The notes under the pieces were generated by a model. The model was given only the letters and a program-made list of their open reading frames with translations, did no database searches and had not been told where the DNA came from. The translations under genes were made by a program, and so were the position numbers. This document shows, one piece after another, positions 12,099-25,789 of a DNA stretch of 64,000 nucleotides. Location: assembly GCA_024137785.1 (NCBI GenBank), contig JAHRHZ010000289.1:42100578-42164577 (forward strand), in the 5' to 3' direction. Every line of letters starts with the position of its first letter. Position 1 is the stretch's first letter. This DNA comes from Ginglymostoma cirratum. Its lineage: Eukaryota.

Positions 12099-13775
12099 TT
12101 TGCCACCTTTGCTGGTATGTGAGAGACTGGGATAAGGGGTGTTTCAGGTCGTTCACTGCCACTAATCCTCCTTTGTCTTTCCTTCGTCTTGAGTCTATCT
12201 AGTATAGAATATTTACAGAAGACCCTCTGTTCTTAAATAACAAGAAGGTTCAACGCAAATACCAATAAAAGTACAGTTACATTTGGTCAGGCACATTGTC
12301 TTGGGCCTTAGGGAGCTGGTACAGATTTACCTGCTCCCTCTGAAAGCTAGAGTGGAACTTCCTGTCTCCACCCATGGACTGTGTGTGACGTTGGTGGAAT
12401 GGGTGGATCCAATGTGTCATGAATATTAACCCCTTTGGAACAGCTACCTTCTTAACACATACCTCACCCCAAACCTCAATCTCATCTCTCACCCCATCAA
12501 AGGCCAGCATTCATAAATACCTTTGAGAAAGTGGTGGTGAGTTGTCTTTCTGATTTGCTTCAATCCATTTGGTTTCGGCAGACCCACAGCGTGGCTACGG
12601 ACTGTACAGGATGGCGAGTGGCTTAGAGGGGAATTTGAAAGTAGTGGTGTTCCCATGTATCTGCCCCCTTTGCCCTTCCGGATGGAAGCGGTCCTTGATT
12701 GGGAAGGTGCCATTAATCATGGAAGGAACAGCTTCAAATTTTGTTGATACATTTAAAAGATGTGGCTTGATAGTTTTATTTGAAAATTTTCTAATGGGCA
12801 GGGCACTGTAACATTCACAGTCATTTAAGTTTTGATGGTTTCTGGCTCCTAATTCAAGTCAGAAAACTAAATTGCAGCATAGATTTTTCACACTTGAAAA
12901 GCTAGCATTTGTTTAACTGTTCGTTTTAAATTTCTCTCGAGTTTCAACTCTAGTATGACTCAATCCCATCATCTGCAGCTTTTCCTGGAGAAGATGGGTT
13001 TGTTCTTGGAGCAGTGAGGTTAAGGGGAGATTTAATTGAGATAGACAAAATCACAAACATTTTAAAGAGGAATACTTTCTCTGTGCCTGTAGCTTCCTTA
13101 AAAAGGGACCTATTTATCCAGCAATGTCAGTCTTCATTTATTTTCTGTGAGCCAAAGCATCAGAGAATACATGATTAACTATGTCTATTTTCTGTCATGT
13201 GACAGCCCTTGCATTCATAGAAATGGGCTGTGGGTTAGCCCCAGGGTATGGAGTTGATGTTCCGATGAAAGGAAGTTGAGGTGACAGAAGAACCTCAGAC
13301 TGAAAGAATCCAAGGTGTGGGAGGTGGTGACTGGTGGTTAATTTGGCCAAGTCAGAATATTGTTAGAGATGAGCAAGTTCCACAGAACAACTTCCGTGCA
13401 GAAATGCTTGCATCAGAACACCGACCCCCACCCCGCTCATCCAAAGTTTAGAACTATTCCTTTCCCTGCTTCCCTGAGGATTGAGAACAGCACAAAGGAC
13501 AAGAAACAGCCCTTACTGATTCATGTGTGAGCTTTGAGATTCCTGAAACAGGAGAGATCAGGAGAAGAGACTGTGAGTTCTCTGTGTTGTGGTGGAAGAT
13601 AACAATTACATAAACATGGAGCCATAGTGATAAAGATATAAATAATGATCCCTCAGATACATCAAAACTGCAGTCAGGTAAGAGTGACCTGATCACTCAC
13701 TTGGAAATCCACCATGGAGAGCTCGCCAGTGGAATGACTACCCGGAACAAATTTTGGCACACGGATTAATTAAAC

Positions 13776-13905
13776 TTTCTGAAAAAGGGTCTAGGCCCGC
13801 AACGTCAGCTTTCCTGCTCCTCTGATGCTGCTTGGCCAGCTGTGTTCATCCAGCTCTACACCTTGTTATCTCAGATTCTCCAGCATCTGCAGTTCCTACT
13901 GTCTC
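13776..13905 (+). mobile_element. Penelope-like terminal repeat (family 1), degenerate hammerhead
   Basis: ttctgaaaaagggtctaggcccgcaacgtc with core substitutions. Confidence 0.75.
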
Positions 13906-16900
13906 TTAATTAATCTACTAATATTTTTAGCACGTCCTGCTGTCTAATTGCGTAATAAAGTTGTAATGGAAATAGTATTCAGATTGATGCGTGCCATTGA
14001 TATGCAGTGTACACGCCAGAGCATGTAGACCAACTAGTGTACAAAGGATATAAAGGTCTCAGACTCCATCTTACCCCAGGATAACTTGAAGCATGACACT
14101 CTACTTGAATGATGCTGCTCTGTTGTAACCGAGTAGCTTAAAGCCAACCAGGCACTGATGTGCCTGCAAATGAAACATGTGTAATTCACCAGCTCTCACA
14201 AACATTTGGTGGATCCTTCAATACCATGTCACCCTCTGCCAGTGTCCTATATTACAAAGAATAACAGAAACGTTGCCACATCAGATAAAGATACCACGAC
14301 TGAAGACAAACCTACATCAAGTCAAACGTCTTGATTCTTTTTAACATGTAACACTTCAAATATTTTAGTGCAAAGGGTAAATGGTAGAAGCAGATACAAT
14401 AACTATGTTAAAGAAACACTTGGACAGAAGCATGAACAGACCGGAAATAGAGGGATATGGCCCATGCGCACATAGATGGGGATTGTTTAGAATGGCATTG
14501 TGGTTAACACAGATATGGTGGGCTGAAGGGCCTATTCCTGTGCTGTACTGTTCTATGTATTAAATTGCATCATCCTGTATTTTGTTCCATTAGACACTTG
14601 TCCAGTCACGCCGACAGTTGTTACAAATAAATCTTTTCTTGGGTCCAACAACAAGAACAACACGGTGGATTTATGCAGCTCCTCCAACACAGGAAAATCT
14701 CCAAGTGTTTCAATAGAGCAATTATTGAACTAAATTTGACACCAAGCCACACATTGACATTTGAATGCAGATGACCGGATGCATGGGTAAATATTTTTGG
14801 CTCATTTCAGGAGGGCAGAGAGGTTTAAGGAGGGAATTCCAGAGTTTGGAGCCCAGGCAGCTGAAGGAACTGAAAGATCCAACAGTGGAGCAATTAAAAT
14901 CGGGGATGCAGAAGAGGCTAGAATTACAGGAAGGTGGTAATTTTGTGAGATTTGTAGAGCAGATGGAAGTTATTTTTGTATTAATAGAAATATTTACAAA
15001 TGCTCTAGTAGCTATGCAAATAAATATGCTAAGTAACCGCCATTAGAATAAGTAGGCAGTGATTCTTAGGTGACAATTGACATGTCTTAATTTGACCTGT
15101 ATGCTGTGTCGCACAAGCTTATGAGAGGAGTGGCAAGGATTTCCAAGACTTACAACCCTCTGAGAGAGGAAATTCCTCCCCATCTCAGGCCTAAATTGGT
15201 GCCCCTTAATTCTGAGACTATGCTTTCTGGGCCAAAATCCTGGAATTCCCTACAGCACATGGACTGCAGCAGTTCAAGAACGCAGCTCACCACCATCTTC
15301 TCCAGGGCAACTAGGAACGGGCAATAAATGCTGGTCCGGCCAGCGACACACATGTCCCATGAGTGAATAAAATAGAACACTTGAAAAAGCAGACAGTAAA
15401 TTTAATCGAGTCATGAGGGGTGTAGATTGAGTAACTAAAGAGGAACTGCTGCCAAGGACTGAAGGATTGAGAACCAGACAGAAGGAATCACAGGTAAATC
15501 AACCAGTGATTGGTTAGGACTTGGGGTACATTGATTGACAGAGTGGTAGGGGCCTGGAATGCGTTGCCGGAGAGGGTAGTGGAGTCGGCCTCATTAGGGG
15601 CATTTAAGCGGCTATTAGATAGGCATATGGATGATAGTATAAGGAAGGGGTGGAGGTTAGATAAATCTTAGGTTTAGGGTAAAAGTTCGGCACAATATTG
15701 TGGGCTGGAGGGCCTGTACTGTGCTGTACTGTTCTATGTTCTATGTTCTAATGCAATGGGTACAGGGTCAATCGTGGTTTTAAAAGGGAATTGGAAAGTA
15801 TCTGAACGGGAAGGGAAATTACAGTGGTATGGGAGAGAGAGAGTCAACTTAATGGGCCAAATACTCTCCTCTGTGCTGTACAATGATTATCTGATATAGT
15901 GCAATGTTCAAGCACACTGAGGTTTCATTGTGGAGTTTGTACCCAAGTCTTCAGAGTGGGTGTTGATGCCCACAGCCTGAGGGGAGACAGCCAGACACCG
16001 TGAGGGGTACACTGCCCATCTTAGGGTAGTGAAAGCTGATTCAGTAATTGATTCCCAAAGGAAACTGAATAAATACTTGAATGAAAAGTATTCTAAAAGC
16101 TCTGGAAAAAAAGAGCAGAGGAGAATGGATCTCGCAAAGGGCCAACACCGGGCTGAAAGGCCAGAGGGTTTCATGCTGTTCTCAATGATTCCAACAAATC
16201 CTCTTCCCAAAATCTCTCCGCAGCATTTACATTCATCAACCTGTTAATTTTATATATCCGTGCTGTCGCCCCTTTTAACACCTGAGCTCTAATTTTGCGA
16301 AGACCTCCATTGTGCAGCACATTATCAGATGTGATTGGAAGTCCATTTGTGCCACATAAACCACATTACCCCAACAACCCTTTTATGTTGTAAGCTGGAG
16401 GAGAAAGATTCAAAAAAGACATGAGGGCCAACGTTTTTACAGAGTATGGAATGAGCTTCTAAAGATAGTAGTGGATGCAGGTACAGTTTAAAAACATTTG
16501 GGTAATTACATGAATAGGAAAGTATTGGAGCGATATGGGCCAAATGCAGTCAGCTGGGACCAGTATAGTTTGGTATTATGGTTGGCATGGACTGGTTGAA
16601 CTGAAGGGTCTGTTTCAATGCTGCATGACTCCATGACACTAAAGGGCAATCTCTTTAACCTAGTTTCCAGTTACCTATCCTACTTCTCATCCTGTCAAGG
16701 AATTCCTTGGGTTTTAGTCACCGCAAACTAAACCTACTAGTTGGAAATTCATCAAGTGGCTGTGAAAGGTCAGGGTGGGAGGGACTGGAGGCGAGAGCTA
16801 TGAGACGGATTACAAATGGCTTCAGTCAATAGTGTGACCTCTTGCTGATCATAGAAACATTCAGCCCCCTTCCAGCTTTCACCCCCAACAAGTCCATGCA

Positions 16901-17345
16901 AGCCTCCCCGCCATTTCCCCCAATCTGCTCATTCCATCCACCTCCATCAGCATATCCTTCCACACCTTTTCCCAGGCTTCAGAGTAGGTTAATTACATGG
17001 ATAGGTCACATAAACAGAGCATGCCCTCGGGGTTAGAGAGAGTGGTAATCTCCCAAAAAGCATTTGGTAAAGTGGTCATGGAGAAATCAGTTCCTCATGA
17101 GGGAGAGCTCAGGAAATAGTTGACACAATTTAACGATTTGAAGCCAGGCCACTCAGGGGTGAGATCAGGGAGAATTTTGTCACCAGTGTGAAGTTGTCAA
17201 GTCGATGATAATGGCCTAATAATCAATTGTTCACTGGGGATTGGCAAAGTCTGGATTAATTTATTTCAAACAATAAAAGGCCACAATGCTGCCAGGCAGA
17301 GTCACAGCATTTGATACACAGTACAATGGACTCCTTAAGGATGAA

Positions 17346-17576
17346 CAAAAACAGAAGTCGTTGGAAAAACTCAGCAGGTCTGGCAGCATCTGTGAAGGAA
17401 AAAGCAGAGTTAACGTTTTGGGTCAGGTGACCCTCAGAACAGGTTCTGAGGAAGGGTCACCAGACCTAAAACGTTAACTCTGTTTTTTCCTTCACAGATG
17501 CTGTCAGACTTGCTGAGCTTTTCCAGCAACTTTGTTTTTGTTCCTGATTTACACCATCCGCAGTTCTTTCAGTTTT
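17346..17576. mobile_element. Fold-back Penelope-derived insertion (family 2) with 13-bp TSD
   Basis: Inverted arms; ccttaaggatgaa at 17333-17345 and 17577-17589. Confidence 0.8.
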
Positions 17577-18140
17577 CCTTAAGGATGAAGTCTTGTAAAG
17601 ACTTGGGGTCACATACAACAGAAATCTGGAACCCTCTCCCTTGCCGTATGTGGACACTCAAACACAATTGAAGTTGAAAACTGTGATTGATCAATTATTA
17701 ACTATCCCTCTCTCTCTGTCTCTCACGATCTCTGAGCTCTGTCTCCACCTTCTCCACATCCCCTGTCATCAAGATATTTACCACTTCCAACCAGATGCTA
17801 TCAGTTCTGACAAAGGGTCACCGGAATCAGAACATTAACTGTTTCTTGCTGCACAGATGCTGCCAGACCTGTTGAGACGCTCCAACACTTTCTGTTTTCA
17901 TTTCAGATTTCCATTATCCACAGTTCCTTCTTTCACATCATTGAGTGCGATTTGTACAGGTAAGGCTGTGAAGAGATGTACAGCCGAGACAGATAAATGG
18001 AGCTAGGATGCAGATCTAGCATAGATCTGTTGGAATGTTAGAACCACCTAAGTGGGCCAAATAAACTGTCCTGCCCCACCAGTGATCATTGTGCATCACA
18101 TCATTACAACATTGCATAGAAATAACACTTTGCAGTGAAG

Positions 18141-18180
18141 AAAAGAGGAAGTGAAAACACAAGTAAAACACACTTCCGGA
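18141..18180 (+). promoter_or_regulatory. PU.1-IRF composite element (EICE) candidate
   Basis: AAAAGAGGAAGTGAAA at 18141-18156 plus a second Ets core CACTTCCGG at 18171-18179. Confidence 0.4.
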
Positions 18181-21100
18181 AAATAAAGAGAAATTAAGAA
18201 TATGTTGACTTTAGAATGTTCATTATATTTTAGTCAAAGAGGAAACATCTGTTCCTTGGGGGTATGTTTCGTGTGTAGATTTCTTTGAAGGAGGCCATGT
18301 GGACAGAAAGGTGCTGTCCTCTGGAAGTAAAAGTATAGCAAGTTTACACCAACAGACTGCTTAGAAGGGCCCAAACCCGAAACGTTGGCTTTCCTGCTCC
18401 TCTGATGCTGCTTGGCCTGCTGTGTTCATCCAGCTCTACACCTTGTTATCTCAGATTCTCCAGCACCAGCGGTTCCTACTATCTCTGACTGCTTCTCCCC
18501 ACTCTATCTAGGTTTCTGTGGAATTACATCGAATTTGCAGTGTGGAACAGGCCGTGGGATATCGGCTTTGCTGGCAAGACTAATACTTGTTGCCTATTGC
18601 TCTGACTGGCATTTATTTCCAGATTCGAATGACTGTTATTTGATTGAAACATATAAAACTTTAACAGGGCTGGATAGACTGGTTCAGGGAGGACTGTTTC
18701 CCCTGGGTAGGGAGTCTAGAACCAAGGGGCACGGTCTCAGTATATGGAGTGGACCATTTTGGACCAAGATGAGGAAAATAGTCTTCATTCACAGGGCTCT
18801 AAACCTGTGGAATTCTCGACCTGTGGAGGCCAACTTACTGAATATGTTCAAGAAAGGAATAGAATTGAAAGGCATGAAGGTATAGGTAGGGAATGGGAAT
18901 ATGACATTGAGATAGTGAACCAGCCATGATCGTGTTGGTGAATGGCAGGTTGGGTTTGAAGAGCTGAATGGTCTACTATTGTTTCTAGTCACTGTTTTGC
19001 TGAAAATCTATCCACCTCAGTTTGGAAACTACAATGACCCATTCCCATCTTGTCCAAGGAGACTTCCTACACATGTATCCTTCATTTAGAAATGCCATTA
19101 AATGACCTAAAGATGGCAGATGGGTGCTGTGCAGATTCATGAGAATAATTATAGGCCTAAAGGGATCAGTTATGAGGAGGCTAGCTTTGTATTTCCTTGA
19201 ATGACAAAAGCCGAGGTGTGATCTTATTCAAGTTGTTTGAAACAATAACAGAGATATGATAACACAGGCATGGAGAAGTATTTCCTCTGGTTGGGCAGCC
19301 CAGAACAAGGGAACACATATTTCACAAGTAGAGCCAGATGATTTAGGAATGGAATGTAGAATATTTCTCACACAATGTGTAAGGAAATCTGGAATCTCTC
19401 CTCCAGGCTTTGTGGGGCTTTTGGTTTTATACTTTGATGTGATATGGGCACCACATTTGTTGTCCATCCCCCACTGCCCTTGAACTGAAGGCCTTCCCAG
19501 GGGCTAACCCATCCTTGGGCAGTTAAGAGTCAAGCACGCCTTTTAATCTTTCATGGGATGTGGGCATTGCTGGCTAGGCTCGTTTTATTGCCCATCTCAA
19601 ATTGCTCAGAAGGCAGTGATGAGTCAATCACATTGCTGTGGGTATGGAGTCACATGCAGGCCAGACCAAGTAAGGTTGGCAGTTTCCTTCCCTAAAGGAC
19701 ATTAGTGAACTAGATGGGTTTCTCTGACAATCAACAATGGATTCATGGTTATCATTAGATATTTTTATTGGATTCAAATTCCACCATCCGCTTGAGAGGA
19801 TTTCGAGCCTCGATCCCTTGATTATTACTAGGGTCTCTGGATTAATAAACTAGTAATAATATCATGAGGCCATTGCCTCCCTACACATTGCTGTAGGTCT
19901 GGAGTCACTTTTAGGTCAGACCAGGTTATGTTGACAGATTTCCCCTTCCCTAAAGAGCATCAGTGAATGAGGTAAGTTTTTACATTCATTGGTGATAGTT
20001 TTATGATCACCCTCGCTGAGACTAGCTTCCAATTGTGGATTGTGTAAATTGACTGTCAGTTCCTGTGGATGTGGTGGGATTGGAGTAGACTGGGTCTCTG
20101 CATACTAAGCCTCTGCACACTCTGCACACTCTCATATTAGTGTTTCACCAGAATCTCCTCCTAAACAGCTTAGGACCAAGTGGACTTCTGAAAGCTGTGG
20201 TGAATCGGTTCGTGTAAGGTAAGGAAATTAGTGCAGAATACATCGGAAGCAAGCAAACAGAAGCATTACAGGCACAATCAAAGACAGAAATACAGCCAAA
20301 TTCTTATGTTGTAAACATAGGCCAGGAGACTAGTGTTGGCTACAACCAAATGAGAAATTATGGGGGTGGAAACAAAACGGGAGGAAGAAAATGCAGTTGG
20401 GTGGGTAACATGGAAATTGAAGACCTGAAGGAGGTTTGAAGAAATCCAAACAGGAAGCAAGATGATGCCAATAGCCCCCTTAAGGCTTTGGTATCAGCCA
20501 AGAGATGAACACTGTATTGATGGGGCGTGGAGTTAAGGCAAGGACACAGAACTGAGGTGCAGATTAGCCATTCTATAATTTGGTTTGAGCTACTTCATGA
20601 TTTGAGGTGATAACACTGTTACCAAGGATTGTTCTGCCTTCATGAATTCTGCCTGCCATGAAGTCTCAGCAATCAAGTTCTCTTTGGCACTACAGACAAG
20701 AAGTCCTGACTTTGAATTGGCTACATCTCTGTCTTTACCTTATCTGCATGTGACTAGTGTCCAATAAATTCTTTACATACAGACTGATATACACAATACT
20801 GATTGCAGCTGTCCAACACACTTCCTCCATTCCCCTCTCTTCTCAGACTGTTGATGGCATGCCTTTTGATATCAGATTTATGTCACCTTACTAACACGTT
20901 CCTTCACTCTCACTGGGTCAAAATCCTACAATTTCCTCCTTAAGGGCATTGCGAGTCGACCTACAGGACAGGGACCGCAGCAGTTCAAGATAGCAGCTCA
21001 CCATCACCTTCTCAAGGGGGCAACTAAGGATGGGCAAGAAATAAAAGCCAGCAATGCCCACATCCATGTGTGAATTTAAAAAGATAATTCCCAGAAAATG

Positions 21101-22034
21101 ACACAATTGACTGCAGGACTGATTCAAGGGGTCTTATGTGTTTGTATAAGTCCCGAAAAAGCATCAGTCTGATAGGTGTCCAGAGACCCTTTTGGTAAGT
21201 GTATTAATTCAGGATAAAAATACAGTATCAGCTTTGACTGGGCAGTGTCGTGGGCTGATCCAATCAAGGTGTGTTTCAGATGATTAAAGGATTTATAGAT
21301 CGAGGGAAATTAATTCCTCCAGGAGAATTCCCAGCCAAAGGCAATTTACTTTGGAAATATATCAAACTGGGAACTTGTCCTTCAAACAAAGAATGGTTGG
21401 AAACCTGGAATTTTTTAGGCTAGAAAGCTGCTGATGATGGACTTCAATTAAGAGTGAGGTTTAAGGATCACAATTTTGTCTGAGGCTGGGGGTATCCGAA
21501 ACCAATGGCCTGAGAGGGTGGTAAAGGCGAGAGCCAGTGTAACATTTAAGAAGTATTTAAAGCTGAACACTTGAAAAAGCAGAACAATATCGGCCAAGTG
21601 TGGGAACGGGAGAGAAAATAAATTCTCTACAAGGGTCATGTGTCTTTGGAATTCCCTTCCTCAAAAGGCAGCAGATGTAGCATCTAGAGATATTTTTTAA
21701 GGCAGAGCTAGATAGATTCTTATTTATTATGGGGATGAAAGATTCTATGCAGGAATGTAGAGTTGAGTTTTAAATGAGATCAGCCCTGACCTCAAAGGGT
21801 CAAAGGGCTGAGTCACCTGGGTCTCTGGATTAACAGTCCAGCGATAATACCATTACGTCATCGCCTCCCCTATACTACAATACTCTATGATTAAAAATCA
21901 CTAACTGGATGTTAATAGCTTTTTCTTGGACAAGGAATCCCCTAAAAATCGAGTAGATGGATTGAGTTAAGATAGAAATGTAATTGAATAGATCCGAGAG
22001 GCTTAATGTATCTTCCTCCTGTACCCATGCTCTG

Positions 22035-22326
22035 ATGGCACAGTGGCTCAGAGGTTATCACTGCTGCCTTACAGCACCAGGGACCTAGGTTCAATTCCAC
22101 CCTCAGATGACTGTCTGTATGGAGTTTGCATACTCTCCCTGTGTCTGTGTGAGTTTCTTCCAGGTGCTCCAGTTTTTTCTCACAGTCCAAAAGTGTGTAG
22201 ATGGGTTACCCATGGGAAATGCAGGGAAACAGTGATAAGGTAGGGGTAGGTATGGATGAAATGCTTTTCAGAGGGTTAGTGTGGGCTTGATGGGCCAAAT
22301 AGCCTGCTTCCACACTGTAAGGATTC
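22035..22326 (+). mobile_element. tRNA-derived SINE (HE1-like)
   Basis: A/B boxes and the same body as 2684-2960. Confidence 0.8.
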
Positions 22327-22699
22327 AACGACTGGAGAAGCTGAGAATGTTCACCTTACAACAGAGAAGGCTATAGTCAGATTTAATAGAAATTCAAAAC
22401 CATGACAATTTTTTTTAAGAGTAAATAAGGAGAAAATGCTCCCAGTGACAAGATTGTCAAAAATGAGTTGGGGCAGAAGGATTTAGGATCCAGCTCAGTG
22501 TGATTTAACTGAACAGTAAGAATAGACTCCAGGGGGTGAATGGCGTCTTCCTGTTCCTATGTTCTTGATTCCTGGGCGTCACATAAACTTGCCAGGGTTC
22601 ATTCACACACAAGCCTTTTCATGATCAAAAGCAGATCTTCAAAGTTCTGAAATCAAAAGCCAAACGGATCCTGTCTGTGGGTTTTTTTGTTCACTTAAA

Positions 22700-22760
22700 C
22701 CGAATCAGGAAGTTCTGGTTTTGGGGACTTTCTGCTCCAGCTGGTTGCTAGGTGACATAT
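22700..22760. promoter_or_regulatory. RFX X-box with adjacent kB-like and Ets motifs
   Basis: GTCACCTAGCAAC (minus, 22756-22744), GGGGACTTTC (22723-22732), CAGGAAGT (22706-22713). Confidence 0.4.
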
Positions 22761-23429
22761 TTTACGCCTCTCAGTTTTCATGGAAGAGGTATGCAGTGAG
22801 TGAGGTTACTCTCCCACACGGAAAATCCCTAAGTAGAGAGTCCAACTCTGAGAACCGCCTTCACAGAGTCATAGTGGATAGAGGCTATTTGGCATTTTGC
22901 ATCTTATCTATGCCAACTCTTTGTGCGTCTGTGCCACTCCCCTTCCTTTCTGCTCACAGTTCTGTAGTTCTTCCTTCCTGCAGGTACTTTTCCAATTCCT
23001 TTTCAAAGGATCCTGCTCAATCACCTTTACAATCTGCATGGCCACAACTGTTCGATAACTTCTGCCACAGAAAGCGGCCGAGGTGAAAAACATTGTATGT
23101 TTTCAAGGCGGAGGTCTCAGGGCTAAAGGGGATAAAAGGGAATGGGCATTATTGGTGGTGACATCCTTCAGCTGAGATAAACCTCTCATTCCACCATCTC
23201 CAAACTCACTAGTGGACATAAAACATCTCGCAGAACCTCTCAGGAAAACAGCTCTCACTGGTGACCGCACCATTATCTTTTTCTTTTATGGGATGTGGGT
23301 GGCACTGGCAAGGTCAGCATTTGTTGCCCATCCCTCATTGCCCCCAAACTCAGTGGTTTGCTTGGCGATTTCAGAGGCCAGTTAAGGAATTACTGTGGGT
23401 CTAGAGTCACAGGTAGGCCAGACTGGGTA

Positions 23430-23960
23430 AACATAGAGAAGTATAGAAATATAGAGAATAGAAGCAGAAGTAGGCCATTCAGCCCTTCAAGCCTGCACCA
23501 TCATTTAATATGAGCCTGGCTGATCATGCAATCTCAGTATCCCATTCCCGCTTTCTCGCTATACTCCTTGACCCCTTCAGCCACAAGCACCGCATCCAGC
23601 TCCCTCTTGAATATATCTAACAAACTGACGCCGGCAGCTTCCTGTGGGAGAGAATTCCACAGGTTCACAACTCCCTGAGTGAAGAAATTCTTCCTCATCT
23701 CAGTCCTGAATGGCTCACTCCTTATTCTCAGACTGTGACTCCTAGTTCTGGAATTCCCCAACATCAGGAACATTCTTCCCAGATCTAGCCTGTCCAGTCC
23801 CATCAGGATTTTATTTGTTTCCATGAGGTCTCACAACTCATTCTTCTAAATTGGGTTGAGTACAAGTACAGTCGATCCAATCTTTCTTCATATGGCAGTC
23901 TTGTCAACATGGGAATCAGTCTGGTGAACCTCAACTGCACTCCCTCAATGGCAAGAATTA
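23430..23960 (-). mobile_element. CR1-clade LINE 3' fragment
   Basis: RTRSHSLRIR...FRTEMRKNFFTQGVVNLWNSLP. Confidence 0.85.
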
Positions 23961-24390
23961 TTATAGGAAGGATGGAGGATCACCAGACTGATACCTGGGA
24001 TGGTGGGGCTGACACGTGAAGAGAAACAAGATCCATTAGGGCAATAGTGATTTTACTGCCAGTGCGATAATTTTCTCAAATACAAAGGAATAGTTCATAG
24101 AGACTGGTAAGGCTGGGGAAAATCACCAGAGGCAGAAAGCTGGGCATTAAGAGGTTTGGAAGCCCCACAGAGAGCAATCAACACTGTCAGGTTTGCGGTG
24201 GGTCAGGGAATTAAATAGGGGTAGGACAGCCCAATGGTATTAGAAAGGGTCAGGACAGAACCAAAAGGAGTTAAAAAGGAAGGAGTTCAACATGTGATCA
24301 TAACCAAAGGCAAGAAAAAATCTAAGGAATGCTTGAGATAGCTATTTACAGGATGCTTACCCTGGGTGTCAGGTAACTTGTTTTGCAGAC

Positions 24391-24623
24391 TGAAATAACA
24401 ACAGAGAGGCCATTATCCTGTCAACAAATTCACCCTGTATTTCTACATGCAAGGCGCATGGCCCTGACCAGCCAGCTCAAAGCCAGTCCCTAGACTAAGG
24501 AGACTTTCTGAACCTCCTGTTTATATCTGTCAGCCAGAGCTCCCTGATTGGCCCGGGTTAACAACCTGAATCAGGGATCTCGTTGTCAATAGGATCCACT
24601 TAGCCCTGGTTCCAATTACTACA
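24391..24623 (-). mobile_element. Solo LTR (233 bp)
   Basis: TG...CA termini, 5-bp TSD cagac (24386-24390 / 24624-24628), internal CCAAT and gatataaa on the minus strand. Confidence 0.8.
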
Positions 24624-24933
24624 CAGACTTTCCTTCAAAATATTGGTTTTGAAACAATTCTTTCTTATTTCAGTCCACACTTTAACAATCACTAGAAGAC
24701 ACAGTTTTTACACACTTCGTGTTGACATTGTAAACAAAAGGGAGAAATGTTGTGTGTAATTCTTCTTTGTGGTATGGAGGAATCACAATAGTGATAGAAA
24801 ATATAGATTTTCAACTTCAATTTTCCATTTCCATTCTGATTCTAATACTGGAGGCCTTTCATAAAGTAAAATGGCTTTAAAGTGGTAAACACTGACTCTG
24901 GATGGCTGTAGAAATCACCTGACCACAGATTAA

Positions 24934-25680
24934 AAGTGTATCAGAGATAAAAGGTACTGCAGATGCTGGAGAATCCGAGATAACAAGCATGGGGCTGGAT
25001 GAACACAGCAGGTCAAGCAGCATCATAGGAGCAGGAAAACTTGACGTTTCGGGCCTAAACCCTTCATCAGAAATGGGGGAGGGGAAGAGGGTTCTGAAAT
25101 AAATAGGGAGAGAGGGGGAGGCGGATAGAAGATGGATAGAGGAGAGGATAGGTGGAGAGGAGACAGACAAGTCGAAGAGGCGGGGATGGAGCCAGTAAAG
25201 GTGAGTGTAGGTGGGGGGATAGGGAGGAGATAGGTCAGTCCAGGGAGGACGGACAGGTCAAGGGGGCGGGATGATGTTAGTAGATAGGAGATGGGGGTGT
25301 GGCTTGAGGTGAGAGGGAAAACAGGTTAGGGAGGTGGAGATGAGCTGGGCTGGTTTTGGGATGCGGTTGGGGGAGGGGAGATTTTGAAGCTTGTGAAATC
25401 CACATTGATGCCATTGGGCTGCAGGGTTCCCAGGCTGAATATGATTTGCTGTTCCTGCAGCCTTCGGGTGGCATCACTGTGGCATTGCAGGAGGCCAAGG
25501 ATGGACATGTCATCTGAGGAATGGGAGGGGGAGTTGAAATGGTTCGCGACTGGGAGGTGCAGTTGTTTGTTGCGAACTGAGCGCAGGTGTTCTGCAAAGC
25601 GGTCCCCAAGCCTCCGCTTGGTTTCCCTGATGTAGAGGAAGCCACAACGGGTACAGCGGATGCAGTATACCACATTGGCA
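24934..25680 (-). mobile_element. 5'-truncated Penelope-like element: GIY-YIG endonuclease plus 3' repeat with intact hammerhead
   Basis: VYCIRCTRCGFLYIRETKRRLGDRFAEH...PVANHF...LGTLQPNGINVDF; 13-bp TSD gaccacagattaa (24921-24933 / 25681-25693). Confidence 0.92.
25043..25070 (-). ncRNA. Minimal type I hammerhead ribozyme
   Basis: auuu-CUGAUGA-A-GGGU(UUAG)GCCC-GAAA-CG-UC-aagu; stem I AUUU/AAGU, palindromic ACGU in place of helix III, GUC cleavage triplet. Confidence 0.8.
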
Positions 25681-25789
25681 GACCACAGATTAAGGCAATT
25701 TCTGGAAACTAATGTAAACTAACATGGACTACCTGAACTGAAATTCCAATTTTACATATTTAAAAATGACAGGATTCACAGGACATGGG

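Noticed and set aside
24545-24555. Perfect Y box CTGATTGGCC
   Set aside because: It is the CCAAT box of the solo LTR at 24391-24623, with no X box at proper spacing.
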